Notes under the pieces: model-generated
What the model was told of the DNA's origin: nothing
What the model saw: the letters and a program-made list of their open reading frames with translations, nothing else
Database searches by the model: none
Program-made: the position numbers and the translations under genes
Shown: piece after piece, positions 1-12,365 of the stretch
Position numbering within the stretch: position 1 is the first letter of the stretch
How the letters are laid out: the number at the start of each line of letters is the position of its first letter
Assembly (NCBI GenBank): GCA_002633005.1
Contig: NMRA01000044.1
Coordinates: 1,069,731-1,133,730, forward strand
Length of the DNA: 64,000 nucleotides
Source: Phoronis australis
Taxonomy: Eukaryota; Animalia; Phoronida
Direction: 5' to 3'

Positions 1-49
1 GTGTGTGTGTGTGTGTGTGTGTGTTTGTGTGGGTGTATGTGGGTGTGTG
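1..49. repeat. (GT)n microsatellite
   Basis: GT dinucleotide run, slightly degenerate after about position 24; intronic to SRRM1. Confidence 0.9.
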
Positions 50-252
50 ATATTTGACTGCTCACTGTGATGTAGCATGTGCTTTGAAAATGGGATGATA
101 TGACCTAATCGTTAATTATATTTACGGTTTATTACCTTGAAGTGATACGAGGGGTGTAATTGCAGACATGTTTTAAGAGCCTAATTTGCATGTTATTGTA
201 CAGTGAATGCTTTAGGTGTGTTATTATGTGCTTGATTGTCACTGTGTTGTAG

Positions 253-1450
253 AGACCGACGCAGAAGTTTGGAGAGGTTGAGGTCTCGCCGGTCTCCATC
301 GCCTCCGCCTAGACGATTGCGTAGGTCCCCTTCACCAGGGGACCGTGCGCAGCCCTCTCGCTCCCGCTCCTCACCTAGAAGGCAGCAGTCCCCACCACCA
401 CGGCCAGAGAGACGCCGACGGAACTCCAGTGGATCACCAGCACCAGCCACCAAAAAGAGGGACGCTAGCGTGTCACCACCTCCAAAGAAGGCCAGGGATG
501 CCAGTGGTTCTCCTCCTCGGCGACGTAAGGAGGTCGGCGGATCATCTCCACGAAGACGTAAGGATTCCAGTGGTTCACCGCCTAGGCGACGCAAAGCCCC
601 AAGTCAATCGCCACCTCCTGCCAGGAGAGCTAAGCCCTCCAGTGAATCGCCTCCACCAGCACGAGCACGGAAACAGGCTAGCAGTTCCCCGTCACCCAAG
701 AAGCGAAGGCCCAGTGGGTCTCCACCAGCTAGAAAACAGAAGGAAAGTGGATCTCCACCAGCTAGAAAACGGAAAGAAAGTGCATCGCCACCTGCCCAAG
801 CCAGAAGGAGAAAGGAGTCTAGCTCATCTCCCCCGCCAAATCAGAAAGGACGCCGGGATGACAGCAGTGCCTCGCCACCCCCTGCTACTCGGCGGAAGGA
901 GCCAAGCACCTCACCACCACCTGCTGCCAGAAAGAGACGTGAATCCAGCGGTTCACCTCCGAGGAGACGCCGAGGGCCAAGCGGTTCTCCTCCCCCGCCA
1001 CGCAGAAAGTCTGAGCCTGAGCCAGCTCCTCGCCGGCGACGTGACTCTCCGGCCAGGTCTCCGCCAGTGCTGACTAGAACCAAGAGGCGGGGAGAATCAC
1101 AGTCTCCCCCACCGCGGCGTCAGAGGTCGCCAGATGCACAGAGGCAGCCCCCTCCGGGACGAGATCGTAACCGACGTAAATCCGAGTCTGGGTCTCCACC
1201 TCCACGTCGCACTGCTCGTGCACGGTCAGAGTCGGGATCCCCGCCTGCAAAGCAACGTGACTCCTCTCCTCCCGTCCTCCAGCGAGCTAGGGCCCCATCG
1301 GAGTCTGAGGAGGAGCGCGTGGTCCGTGTCGACAACAAGAAGTCAGCAGGAACTGTAGCACCACCTAGTGGTGACAACAAGGAGCAGAGCGATGGGGAGG
1401 CACAGGTGAAAAAGAAGGCGAAAAAGGTCAAGAGTGCATCAGGCTCGGAG
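253..1450 (+). CDS. SRRM1: SRRM1-like large RS/SP-rich exon
   Basis: ttgtag acceptor ending at 252, GAG|gtaagc donor at 1451; repeated S-x-SPP-x-RR/K motifs; GC-rich. Confidence 0.9.
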
Positions 1451-4400
1451 GTAAGCACTTAGTCTGTACGAATGTACGCTATGTCAGTATTTGTTTAAAC
1501 ATAAGTGATTGAAATCTGCTTTGTCAACAATGCTTTATTTGGACGCAGAGCAGGCTGTAGCGGGGTTGTGAAATAAATGTCATTGCTAGGTATTGTGTTC
1601 TTAGTGTAGTAACTCGAGTTGTGTGCTTTGGTCTTGTACAAATTAGAGTCGGAGTTCACATCGAAAATTGTGGCAACCAGGTGTGAAAGCTGTGGTGATC
1701 GGAGGCAGCTTGAAGGTTGTACTGTCCTGGGTTAGCTCAAAATGCTAGATCCCCCAAGCTTTATACAGTTTATGGGCACCCGATGATCCTTTGTCTGACT
1801 CTGTCGGCCTATACCACGTCAGTTACCTTACTAATTTCTTGTTGAGTTGTCTGATTGGGCCGCGCAAGTACTTTAAAGTTATGAAAGACCCTAGAAGAAT
1901 GTCCAAATTTGGCAAACTTTGAAACGTCGTATCTCAGAAATGGCTGATCGGATTCCTATGAAACTTTCTGTCACAGAACTATGCTTTATGCGCTGTTCTT
2001 CGATACACTGTTTGGAATTGTTCGTAAAATGCTTCACTTTTGCTTGAGGGACTATTAAAAAAGGAGGACTTGTATCAATGGTTTCTTGAAAAAAGCAACA
2101 ATTGCATGTAGTGAATGCGAAATGATAAAACTGTAATATTATTTTTGAGTTTTCATCTTAACGTTAATATGAAGTGAAATTCCGTCGTGTTATCAATGCA
2201 CGTTTCTGTTTTGGTTACTTTTACCAAAAAGACATGGTCACATGACCCGACTAATGTCAGATTGGTAAAAAGTCTAACTCAGTAGGCTTTTCCCTTTCAG
2301 AAAATGCATACTTTTACTGAGAGTTAAAATCTATTGTTTGGTCAATGTTTGGCATGACATACACACATACATGTTGGTAAGGGCCTACATAACCTTAAAA
2401 TACAGCTTGAATTGAGCATTGGCCGCGAATTTACAATTCTATTCATGTGGTTCCACTCTTTACCCTGCCAGGACTCCGACGCTGAGACCAAAAAGAAGAA
2501 GAAGAAGAAGGAGAAGAAGAAGAAACACAAGAAACATAAAAAGCACAAAGCAAAGAAGGAGAAAGAGGCGGGTGGTGGCGACGGTGAAAAGGCTGCTGGC
2601 AAGGACGAGGTATTCTGATGAAATTAATGAGAAAATAACGTGATGTTAACAAGGTTTGTTGCGTTCTAGTGGATGGTTTTAGTCCGTCTCCTTGAACGCA
2701 ATGAAGTTAAGATCGTACGCAATGCATCTTGTCGTGTATTCGACACTACATTGAACTATGAGGTCATTTTGCTGGTCACTCGAGTGATGGGTCTTATCAA
2801 TTCAGTGAGGTTGGTGGGTATACAAATAGGACCAGATATGTCCCAGTGATCGGTTTATATTTACTTTATTACATCAGCACTGATGCTTCCTTCTTCTGAT
2901 TTGGTGAATTGGCATCATCTGCTTGCTTAGAAGATGGGGATTATGGTTTCTACTGATTGCAGATAGTGACATCTGACATCCAGGCAGTGATATTCCCTCG
3001 CTGGTTCCTTGCGTGTCCACTAGGGGGTAGAGAACACGCAGGTATCATTCAGTAGCATGCGTTTTGTTACTGGTCAATGTAACCTTGGCAGCCACTGCTA
3101 AGCTTTACAACAAAAAAAATGGCGGACTGCGAACGATTTTTAGCCTTGTCATGCAAGTGGCGTAACAGTAAATATATTTTTCTGCAATAATGTTTAATAG
3201 TCACCTTGCACACACATCTGGCCGATTTAATCGGTGTGTTATTCATACTGTGTGAATACAGTACAGTAGCGTAAACAAAAGTCGGTGACTGTAGAAAGAT
3301 GCACTCCGAAAAGGCACAACCACAACTTTCCCTGTCACATTTGTTGAACATGAATTAAGCACCGATTTGTCTGTACAAAAGACCACAAACTATTTCCGAA
3401 TTTACACTTCCTCCATCAGCCAGGGCTTGGAATTTTCCACGGAAACGCGGATTTCCGCTTTTTTCAAATGTTCTGTCCGCGCATTTTATTATATTTTCGC
3501 GTAAAAAAAATCTGATTTGATATAAAATTTCCGTGGCAAATTCCTTTCTTACCACGGCGTTGCAGACGACGTTCACCTCGAAAAGCGGAAGTTGCTCTTT
3601 ATGTTTCGGAGGAACGTAAACTGTCAACACTGCCGGGGCATCTGGGATAGCGTGGTGGGATTTTCAATGGCGTCTCGTTCGTAAACCGCGGCGACAAATA
3701 CTACGGCTCTGCAGCCAAAAATGTGTGGGTAGGGAGCGGACGGACGAGCTAAAAGGACGCAGACGCATGCTACTGATGGTGGTAACTTTTTTTTTTTAGT
3801 CCCGATTTTTGTGTGGGAAAGGTTCACATCGACCATTTCAAGGCTGAGTAGCGCACATGATTTGGGCCGTAAAAGTTTCCACATTTTGCGTCATCGGTCA
3901 TTTCAAGCCCTGATCAGCAATTCCAGTTTGTTTATGTAAAGCGCCAGCTGTTGAGAATTTGACCAGCCAATCGGAAAGGCCGGTGTAAAAAAATTTTCTC
4001 AGGAAAATTAAATTTCTCTACCCCCTAGCGGACATGAAGGAAACCCGCAAGGGATACTTCATGCACACCTTGGTTGATTTTGCAATATATCTGAAGTTAT
4101 CGTAGCACATTTTAACCCATCAGAGGACAGACGTACCAGTGGTCGTGTGACACTTCTACCTGGAGTCTGTAACTGCGTACGTTATTGCGTTGCTAGCCAT
4201 TCACAGTTATCGCCATTTTCACAAGCATACAAATGGTGTATTATGGGGGAGGGGGTTGGGGCTTGCTACTAGCGTACACTTCTGTCGTCATAAAAATGAT
4301 AATGTCATGTAACAGAAGTCAACGTTTTAATTACTTTTTAAGCTTGTAGAAACATGGCCAGGCAATCAACAGCAGAAATGTCACCTAGATCTAACCAGGC

Positions 4401-4979
4401 AAAAACAAATATGCAAAAATTGTTTGAAAGTAATGTTTTATTTTTATACCACGCCACTGTACAAACCAACTTTTGCATATTTGCAGTTAACAGATAAACC
4501 TATTAAAATTAGAAATATTGCCATTTTTGTAAGCTTTCAAGTGAATGGGTAGGCTGGGAAAAATGTACGATTTGTATTCTTGTGGAAACAGCGAATTTAT
4601 TGTGAATAGTCCCACACTGCTTTCTATGCTAAGTCAAATACGACTTTTCTTTGAACCTTAGATGTTAGAACTTAACAGCGTTTTTGCCTAAGCATCAAAG
4701 ATTGTGCACTGGGTAGCTTCTGGGACACCGCAGTTTTGTAGCCTTAGAATAAAGCTTGAAAATGGTGGAAGCATCTGCCTAAAAACTGTTGTGTTTGCTA
4801 AAGCATTACGAGTATTCAGCAGTGCCAGTTCATTTGGAAGTTTAGGGATCCGCTTTCATTTGTTTTTTCAGAGTTCAGACAGTGATGGAGGAGAAAAGCT
4901 AGAAAAGAAACTTCGCGAGAGGGCGCTGTTATCTATGAAGAAAGCTAAACATTCAAATAAGGACTCTGACTCTGATTAA
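253..4979 (+). CDS. SRRM1: Serine/arginine repetitive matrix protein 1 (SRm160)-like, 3' part; 5' exons lie outside the window
   Basis: Three GT-AG exons in phase: 253-1450, 2472-2609, 4872-4979. An RS/SP-rich body, a poly-Lys/His tract and the C-terminal LEKKLRERALLSMKK match the known SRRM1 C-terminus (LEKHLREKALRSMRK). Confidence 0.88.
2472..2609 (+). CDS. SRRM1: SRRM1-like Lys-rich exon
   Basis: ctgccag acceptor, GAG|gtattc donor, phase 0-0; DSDAETKKKKKKKEKKKKHKKHKKHK. Confidence 0.88.
2988..4061. mobile_element. Non-autonomous DNA transposon with long imperfect terminal inverted repeats, in an SRRM1 intron
   Basis: 2988-3034 (...gtgtccactagggggtagagaa) is the inverted counterpart of 4014-4061 (ttctctaccccctagcggacat...). 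Weaker similarity extends to about 2910 and 4140. No transposase ORF inside. Confidence 0.6.
4872..4979 (+). CDS. SRRM1: SRRM1-like terminal exon
   Basis: tttttcag acceptor; SSDSDGGEKLEKKLRERALLSMKK...DSDSD then TAA. Confidence 0.88.
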   Translation, partial: SSDSDGGEKLEKKLRERALLSMKKAKHSNKDSDSD

Positions 4980-4996
4980 CTGGCCAAGTTGTACAT

Positions 4997-5597
4997 AATA
5001 AAGGTGAAACGGGTCACCATTTGTTCCGTCTATTGAGAATCGAGGGCTTTACCATTATGTATTTCTGTGCAAGTACATACAGCATAGGCAGTAATGCGCA
5101 AAATATTGTTTCCTGGTCGATCCCCAATCCTGCTTAAAGCAAAAATGACTGACTGAATGTAGAATTACACTCGTGTCCAATGTTCATGACATACTTCATG
5201 GCATGTATTGTAGTACACAGGTGTGTTAATAGGAATAAAATTAGTCTTTGGATGTACTGTATTGGAAAGTTGATGTTAAATGTAAACACCACACTGCCTG
5301 ATTTGACAGACAAGAATGCGTGAATGTTATTCATTTTACGATTTGGATGGCTTAAGTTTGCTTTCAGCTGATCATTGAGTTAATAAATTCTATGTGTAAT
5401 GGTTCCTTAAATGAAGGTCTTCGAAATTGGTTGTATTTTGAATTTCACAACTCCACTGTAACTCTGTGCACTTGTACTGTATTGTTGCTGGTTAGTACAT
5501 ACAGAATGGTAAAAATGTTTTTTGTATCTAGCTTACCCAGTGATTTTAACTTCAATTTTAGAGTTGCCATTTTTTTCTTCATTGTTATAAAAATAAA
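4997..5597 (+). terminator. Candidate polyadenylation signals of SRRM1
   Basis: AATAAA at 4997, 5234, 5382 and 5592 downstream of the stop codon. Confidence 0.5.
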
Positions 5598-7934
5598 ATT
5601 ATAAAAATCGACCTGAGGTAATTTTTGTCGGGCATCTAAGTATGTTCTTTTCATGCTTGTAAAACTGAAATCCCACACCAGAAAATTGCACGACTGGTTT
5701 TTGCATATTTTCTTATATTAAAATATATTACCGTAATCTATAATAGGAGCACATGAACAAAGAAATAAAATCACTTATTATTTACAAATATGCATGACTT
5801 AGAGAACAAAGGAGTAGATAAACAAGAGATCTCACAAATGTGCTTACCAATCAGGAACACAGAGCTAGGAAATACCCTGTCAGGAAAAACTAGAGATAGC
5901 AAAACTTTGTTACAGCACAAAAAGGGTCAAGTACTGAACGTTTATAAACTTAATCTAATTAATGTTTCAAATTTGACAATAAGAATAAATAACGCAGCAC
6001 TAATTGCCAAAATGCAGAGCATTCAATGGTGGATCTTCCCGATGAAGCACTCGATGATTTTTCAGGTCCATGGTGTTGTTTAATTCTGGACGCCAGCAAA
6101 GGGTTCCACCCCAAAACCTTGGTTTTCGGGCTAGGGGGTGTAGTTGGGCTTCCAAATATGGAGCATATTTATAACAGGACACCTGTGGTTGTACCCAGTT
6201 AGAATCCTGTCCCATGTCTACACCTGTTGAAAGGCCTTAAACATGACCCATATTTATGCCACCTCTGGAAAAGGTCTGCCCCAATTACACCCCATCTCCC
6301 TGTGTAGCAACCTTAAAACCATGTCATTATTCATTACTTAGTAGAGTATCAGATTTAAACTTGTATAAGCATAAATGAGGATATCCCATTTTTACACCCA
6401 CCCAATCTGAACCGACATTCCCAATTTATATCAAGATGGTGAAAAACTGAACCATAGCTGTGCCAGAGAATTAACAAATGCTCCTCTGCTATCCCCAATA
6501 CACTGACCCCCCCCCTCCCCCCCGAGACCAAAACCATGGTTTCAACAGATGGCGTCGCATGGGCCTTGAAAAACAAAACCAAATCTGGCATGAAGACAAC
6601 TGTCAAAATGTGACGGCACAGAACATATAGCACAGACGAAGCAATACAACTTACTAACAACTAACAGCCAGTGACGTAACGTAAATTTCACCGAGAAGGC
6701 GACAGAAAATGCTGTTTCATCAAATGACACATTGATAATTTAAAGCAACTGGCGAACACAATATAGATTCTCTCACAACTTGCCACATCCTTTCAACAAA
6801 AGGCTCCTCAAATTACACATCAGAAATGTTGAATGTAATCTTCACCTGCATCAACCAGACCCTTTGACTACCACACAACTTACTCCATGAAGACCTCTCT
6901 CGACATCATAAGATTTCATCAACAGTTCATGAAGAAAAGCAACAATGACGCAGTAAAATAAGACCTCGACTTGTTCAACACATGGCTATAATGATTTACC
7001 AGCACATATAAATTCGTGTGCGTTACATGACTATTCTCAATCTCTTATATAGAGACTGAGTACAGATAGGTACACCCAATGCGTGGGCAACAACTCAAAT
7101 TCAAATACCTGCTAAAGAACAAGGAGAGCTTAAAAGGTCCATTTCCTCTCTACTCACCACTTAAAAAGAAAAATCATGAAATGGGATGTTAATCTGGCAA
7201 ACTTGCTCACAAATTTGGTTTCTACCACAGAAAAGATAAAAGAGGTCACCAGGGATTTATAGGAAGTAACCAAATTTTGGAAGGGACGACCAATTTTCTC
7301 AAAATGTTGGCCTTATGACAACCTTCGTTTCTTACCAATGTCCTGGATGATCTGCTTGAGCAAGGAAATTATATTTCATCCACAGTTCCCGCCAAAAACA
7401 ATCAAACAAAATGTCCCAGAATTATCTGTCACGACGGCTTAGCCCAAGCGAAATATTCGAACCCAAGCAGAAATCCCGCAAGGACGGCTAAGGGCAAACA
7501 GAATTCATCACTAGAGAACTCAAGCTAGAATGCCCCAGTCACAACAGGAAAACTATATTATTTTCTATCATTTTCGGAATGCACAGTATGGAAAGCTTTG
7601 AGAAATTTTTTTGATTGAGCATCTGTGTTTGTAATTGGCATTTTTAGGGGCGAGTGAGAAGGAAATACGACTTTAATGAGGACAGTAACTCATGTCACTT
7701 ATTCTGTGAACTGATCCAGAAAGTGGAGTCTAAAATCATGACACAAACATGATAATAAAGACATGGGGTACTTGGTTGTAAACACCAGGGCTGGGTTGCA
7801 GAAAGCGACAGTGCTGTTATTGAGTGTAAACTGTTCAGTAACTTGGCAAGGTTGATCCAATATTACAAATGCAGGATCATTCAACCAAATCAGCTGATTA
7901 ACAACATATAACTTTCATGCAACCAGACCCTGCA

Positions 7935-7999
7935 TTACAAAGGTTTCTGAGCAATCAGCGCATCAGATCCACTAATGAAACTGGTCCTTAACACAATTT
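7935..7999 (-). CDS. Coding part of the putative terminal exon of the minus-strand transcript
   Basis: ttccgtttcatttcag acceptor; IVLRTSFISGSDALIAQKPL then TAA, in phase with the 12031 exon. Confidence 0.35.
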
Positions 8000-8643
8000 C
8001 TGAAATGAAACGGAACAATTTGAAACTATTTACACACAATTAAGCAATGGTCTTGAACAGAGTATTTCATTTCATATAAAGTGAAAATAATCATAATTTT
8101 GGGGTCTTATTTTCAAACTACAACACAGACAGTGGCTGCAGTTTCATTCTGGAAAATGCTGTCTCAAGACAATAGTGACATTATTTGTGCACACACACCT
8201 TTCTTTTAAAAGATGTGTCTTGAAACTCAAATGCATTGCCCATATTTTTTAAAAATCTTAGGGTCGAAACATCTGACCTTTCATGAGATTTTAAACATAA
8301 AATAAACAGTCATTGACAACCTATCTCCCAACAAGTGTAGACACAAAACCATTATTGGATTGACCATATTCACACAACATAAAACATGAAAAGTGATCAT
8401 TTCTTGAATGGCTTCCCATGGTAAAAAGCTGAAAACAAAATTAATGTTTACAGCAACAGCTTTGCTTCAACAAACAATAACAACATGCACCCCGTGTGCG
8501 CGAATCGTCGCTCAAAAATAGCGTGAGGTGGCGGTACCCATGGAAGATCCCTTGGCTTGACCAGTTTTTAATCTCGACAGTGAATCGTCACTATGGTTTG
8601 ATCCGTGAGAAAGTCGCCCACCGGTGGGGTCCAGCCCAACCCC

Positions 8644-8742
8644 GGGGGCGTACGAGAAGCGTGGCTTCTGCTGAGAGTTCCACGTCTTGCCCACGTCAGA
8701 CTGACTGCCACTACCAAGATCCTTGCTATCATTTTCTGCGAA
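8644..8742 (+). ncRNA. HDV/CPEB3-like self-cleaving ribozyme candidate, 3' P2 strand missing or displaced
   Basis: P1 GGGGGC/GCCCAC (one mismatch), P3 GAG/CTT, L3 TTCCACGT, GT, P4 CAGA...TCTG, J4/2 CGAA, in the canonical order. Confidence 0.45.
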
Positions 8743-8749
8743 AAAAGAA

Positions 8750-8774
8750 ATATATATATATATATATATATGCG

Positions 8775-8832
<58 letters not shown>
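8750..8832. repeat. (TA)n microsatellite
   Basis: TA run with a short interruption, adjoining the gap. Confidence 0.95.
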
Positions 8833-8907
8833 NNNNNNNNNNNNNNNNNNNNNNNNNNNNNNNNNNNNNNNNNNNNNNNNNNNNNNNNNNNNNNNNNNNN
8901 NNNNNNN
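8833..8907. other. Assembly gap (75 N)
   Basis: Run of N. Confidence 0.99.
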
Positions 8908-8959
8908 TGTGTGTGTGTGTGTATCAGTGTATTTGGTTAGCAGACCTTTTACACGTTTA

Positions 8960-9115
8960 ATTGAAAAGTAAGCTGTTCTTGGCCTTAGATAGCTTGTTCG
9001 ACAAACTTTTGTATTGTCTGTGTTTCAACTGCCATCTGAAGAAAGACATTTATGTAGACAATACGAAAGTTTATTGAACAAGCTATCTAAGGCCAAGAAC
9101 AGCTCACTTTTCAAT
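8960..9115. repeat. Fold-back inverted repeat (60-bp arms, 36-bp loop), possibly a Penelope-like retroelement fragment
   Basis: 8960-9019 is the reverse complement of 9056-9115 with 4 mismatches; flanked by GT and CA/TA microsatellites. Confidence 0.8.
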
Positions 9116-9200
9116 GAAATATCTATATCTATATATCTATACACACGCACGCACACACACACACACGCGTACGCATATGTATCAGTTTCTGTATTATGCC

Positions 9201-9441
9201 TACAGTAAAATCTCACCAATTTAGGACAAAATATGCAGACAACTGAAATTTCATCATTCTCATTTTTCCTAAAATGAGCAATACTAATTGCTGTTTACAC
9301 ATTCAAGATATGTACCATCGCTGTCATGACACAATGTTTTGAAAAATTGGAGGCATTCCCAACAATGTTAGAGGACCTTGCAAAATCAAACAGGGAATTT
9401 TGATTAATAATTTTGTCTGAAATTGGTGAGACTTTACCGTA
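9201..9441. mobile_element. MITE family A (TIR TACRGTAAAATYTCACCAATTT..., TA ends, Tc1/pogo-like)
   Basis: tacagtaaaatctcaccaattt ... aaattggtgagactttaccgta. Confidence 0.75.
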
Positions 9442-9868
9442 TTTCCAAAATAATGTGTTTTTAAGAACAATTTAGTTTAAGTGTTTCCAACAGGTGTACG
9501 TTCCCGAGCTTTACTAAAGGTGCGGGCTACCGTCATTTGTATATGCGCACATCATAATTGAGAATGGTTGCCAAACTTCAAAAAAATTAAAAATGGCTGC
9601 TACAGCACTATATTGTGTCTGATTTCGCCCAAGTAAAGTAGACCGCGAGCTATTAATGAGACATACGTTGTGTGTGAATTCCGTGTCAATCAGAAAAGAA
9701 ATGTGACATGTAGCATGCGAAAAAGAGAAACAAAAATTAACACAAAAATTTTATGACCAAGTAACAGAAATTATCAAAAATCAGTTTTTAAGTAATCCAT
9801 GTGCTCAAAAAGGTCTAGTTGAGAAACCAGTGAACAACTTAGCAGTAAGATCCACTTCGAGGGGTCCA

Positions 9869-9928
9869 GCATTTTGAGAACCAGTTTTCTCCATTGAATA
9901 ACGCGCATCAAACTGGTTCTCAAAATGC
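9869..9928. mobile_element. Palindromic mini-MITE family B (core)
   Basis: GCATTTTGAGAACCAGTTT ... AAACTGGTTCTCAAAATGC, a perfect 19-bp stem. Confidence 0.7.
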
Positions 9929-10158
9929 GAAACATCTGCAAGTGACTGTTGCCAGAAATGCTTCAGCTGTAAATAGTGTTATTTACCAAAAACTACATTG
10001 AGCTTCAACAAAAATTATTTACAGGAGCAGTAAACCAACCCCTTCTGTTAGAAAACAATGTTTACTCCAGGCCACTCACTGTCATAAAATTTGTCTCTAA
10101 GTGTTCCTATTCTGATTAGATACGATTTCCAAGGTTGTTACAGCTTGTCAAGGCTGGT

Positions 10159-10403
10159 TACAGTAAAAATTCTCCAATCTGAGACAGTCTCTAGAATTTG
10201 GGACACCGGTGATTTTGGCACTTACCAAATTTCTCAAATTTCGAACAATGTGCTTTCAATCTACACAGTGGGCGATTATGTTGTCTTTCTTGTGATTCTT
10301 GAATTTGGAACAGCTAATATTGCCTAATTTCTGGGGGACAAGCGCTGACCTTGAGCTAAACAATCAACTTTTCACAGCCCCAAACTGGAGAATTTTTACC
10401 GAA
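10159..10403. mobile_element. MITE family A copy
   Basis: tacagtaaaaattctccaat ... aactggagaatttttaccg. Confidence 0.65.
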
Positions 10404-12030
10404 GTATTCAGTCTAAAAGACAGCTTGGCCATTGTAGGAATTCCAGGCAATTTATCGTAACCAATTTCAAATCAAAGTATAAGAACGCGACATTGTTGCT
10501 TTGGATGAGCAAATACGCCTGCGCGAAGAAAGTTCTTTTTACACAAAAACAATGTTTACAGTTTGAGCCTGCAGCGACTAATTCATCATCGGCTTGCTGC
10601 ACAGCGAACAATTAATTAGACCTACGTACAGCTACAGGCTACTGATGAAAATATCCAAGGGCAACATAGAACAAAATAAGTTAGTGGCAAAAACAGCACC
10701 GTTGGCGACCTCCACCCGACCTGTAGTGCAACTGCGTAAAATTAGAAAAGGCCAACTCATAAACATCTCATAGCTTCCCAAAGGTCTCTTGCAGTTTAAA
10801 GAAGGACGGGTAATTATGAACTGTCATTTTTTCCAAGCCCAGAAACTATTCCTTGAGTTAGGGAACAAGAGACCAGTTTTGTAAAAGCAAGTGCTTGGTC
10901 CAAATCAAGCATTAAGTCACTTCGGCAGAAAGCAAATATTAGCAACCTTAACAGACAATATTTGATGATGGTGCACTCGGTCTAACTACTTCAGAGGTTC
11001 GTCAGCTTTTTTCTACTTTAAAATAAAAATTCATGTAACATTTTTCAGTTCAACTTACCATTCAAATTTCCATATCTTGAATAGTAATTCTTTTTCACGT
11101 TCAAATTTAAACTGTCCTGGGACTGAAGCGGTGGTTTGTTACCAAGCGACACGTTCTTTTTTATGCTCCATACATCGTCCAGATCGAAATCTGCGCAGAT
11201 AAAGAAGTGTATTACAGACATGAGTTCAAAATCACAAAACTGGAACCCTGTTAAACTTTATATTTAGTCAAAATTCTAAGCAAAAATTAACAACACTAAA
11301 TCTCTACAATGCTATCAACCTGACTTGTGCAAAAAAACAATCGTTGGTAATATTTTGACAATTTTAACAGAAGGTAGTCAGCAAAATACAGTGACAATTA
11401 TGACGATCATGTTTGCGCAAAATAACGAAGACTAACCAGCCAATGGACCTCACAAATTTCCAATTTCCCCTGTAAGTTCACCTTCAACAACAAATCGCCT
11501 ACTTGCCTTGCAATAAATCACTTGCGGAGGAAATTAAAAATTAATTGAAAGCATCAATTTTCCATGACATCCCTAATCACTTAAGGGGGGGGCAGATGGT
11601 AGATATTCAATGAAAAATGTAACTAGCAGCACTACATAAAAGTGGGTTTCCAATTTCACGTGCGCACGTTCATTTGCCTCTGGTCAACTCGCACCTAATA
11701 AATTTGTGGCATGTCAAAGTTGCCTCGGAAACTCATCACGTCGTTACAATCTCAGCGACCATATTGCATTCAAATTTTCAAAAAAGTCAGTCCAACGTTT
11801 CGCACTGGGCGCACTATCATAACATGAGCTCATCTGACACTTCTTACCATCCAGTAGATACCACAACACCAAACTTAACCAACAGTTTTAGCCCCTCTCA
11901 GTAATCTCATCTACACCTCCCAAACTGATTCAAGAGCCCACATTTCTCAACAGATCAAACACAATAAACCCATTCAAAACTGAGGCTGAGCAACAACAGA
12001 CTCCTGGGTTGAGGGATGTAAGACACTTAC

Positions 12031-12129
12031 TAGTAGGAGGCTGCTTGTGACCATTAGTAGTGAAGTTCCATTGGTCTTCCTGCTGATTCTTGGGCTGGGG
12101 ACCAGAATACAGGAACTTCTTGGCCCCTC
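12031..12129 (-). CDS. Internal 99-nt exon of the putative minus-strand transcript
   Basis: Long polypyrimidine tract plus CAG and a consensus GTAAGT donor; open frame GAKKFLYSGPQPKNQQEDQWNFTTNGHKQPPT. Confidence 0.5.
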
Positions 12130-12254
12130 CTGAAACAAAGAAAAATAGAGCTCTCATAAGAATAAGAGAAATCCACAAGTAACTATGACTGGTCACGTGA
12201 ATGCTTCTGCTAGTGCTCAATCTCTGTTTGACAGAGGATTAACTCTTAAAGTCA

Positions 12255-12365
12255 CGTTTTAACCTGTTTCGCTTGCAAAAAAACCCGAAAATTGAATAAG
12301 GCCTTTACTCTCATCAAATTGGACCGACTCATAATATTCCTTAAAGTAATAGGATTATAATTCCG
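12255..12365. repeat. Dispersed repeat also at about 42925-43020
   Basis: Shared cgaaaattgaat...ggcctt...actctcat...cataatattcctta...ataggatt. Confidence 0.55.

Noticed and set aside
193-1458. Overlapping antisense and alternate-frame ORFs (133, 242, 80, 112 and 74 aa)
   Set aside because: Shadows of the GC-rich repetitive SRRM1 exon; no independent splice signals or recognisable domains.
8496-8971. ORFs with YIYIYI/CVCV runs
   Set aside because: Translation of microsatellites and the N gap.
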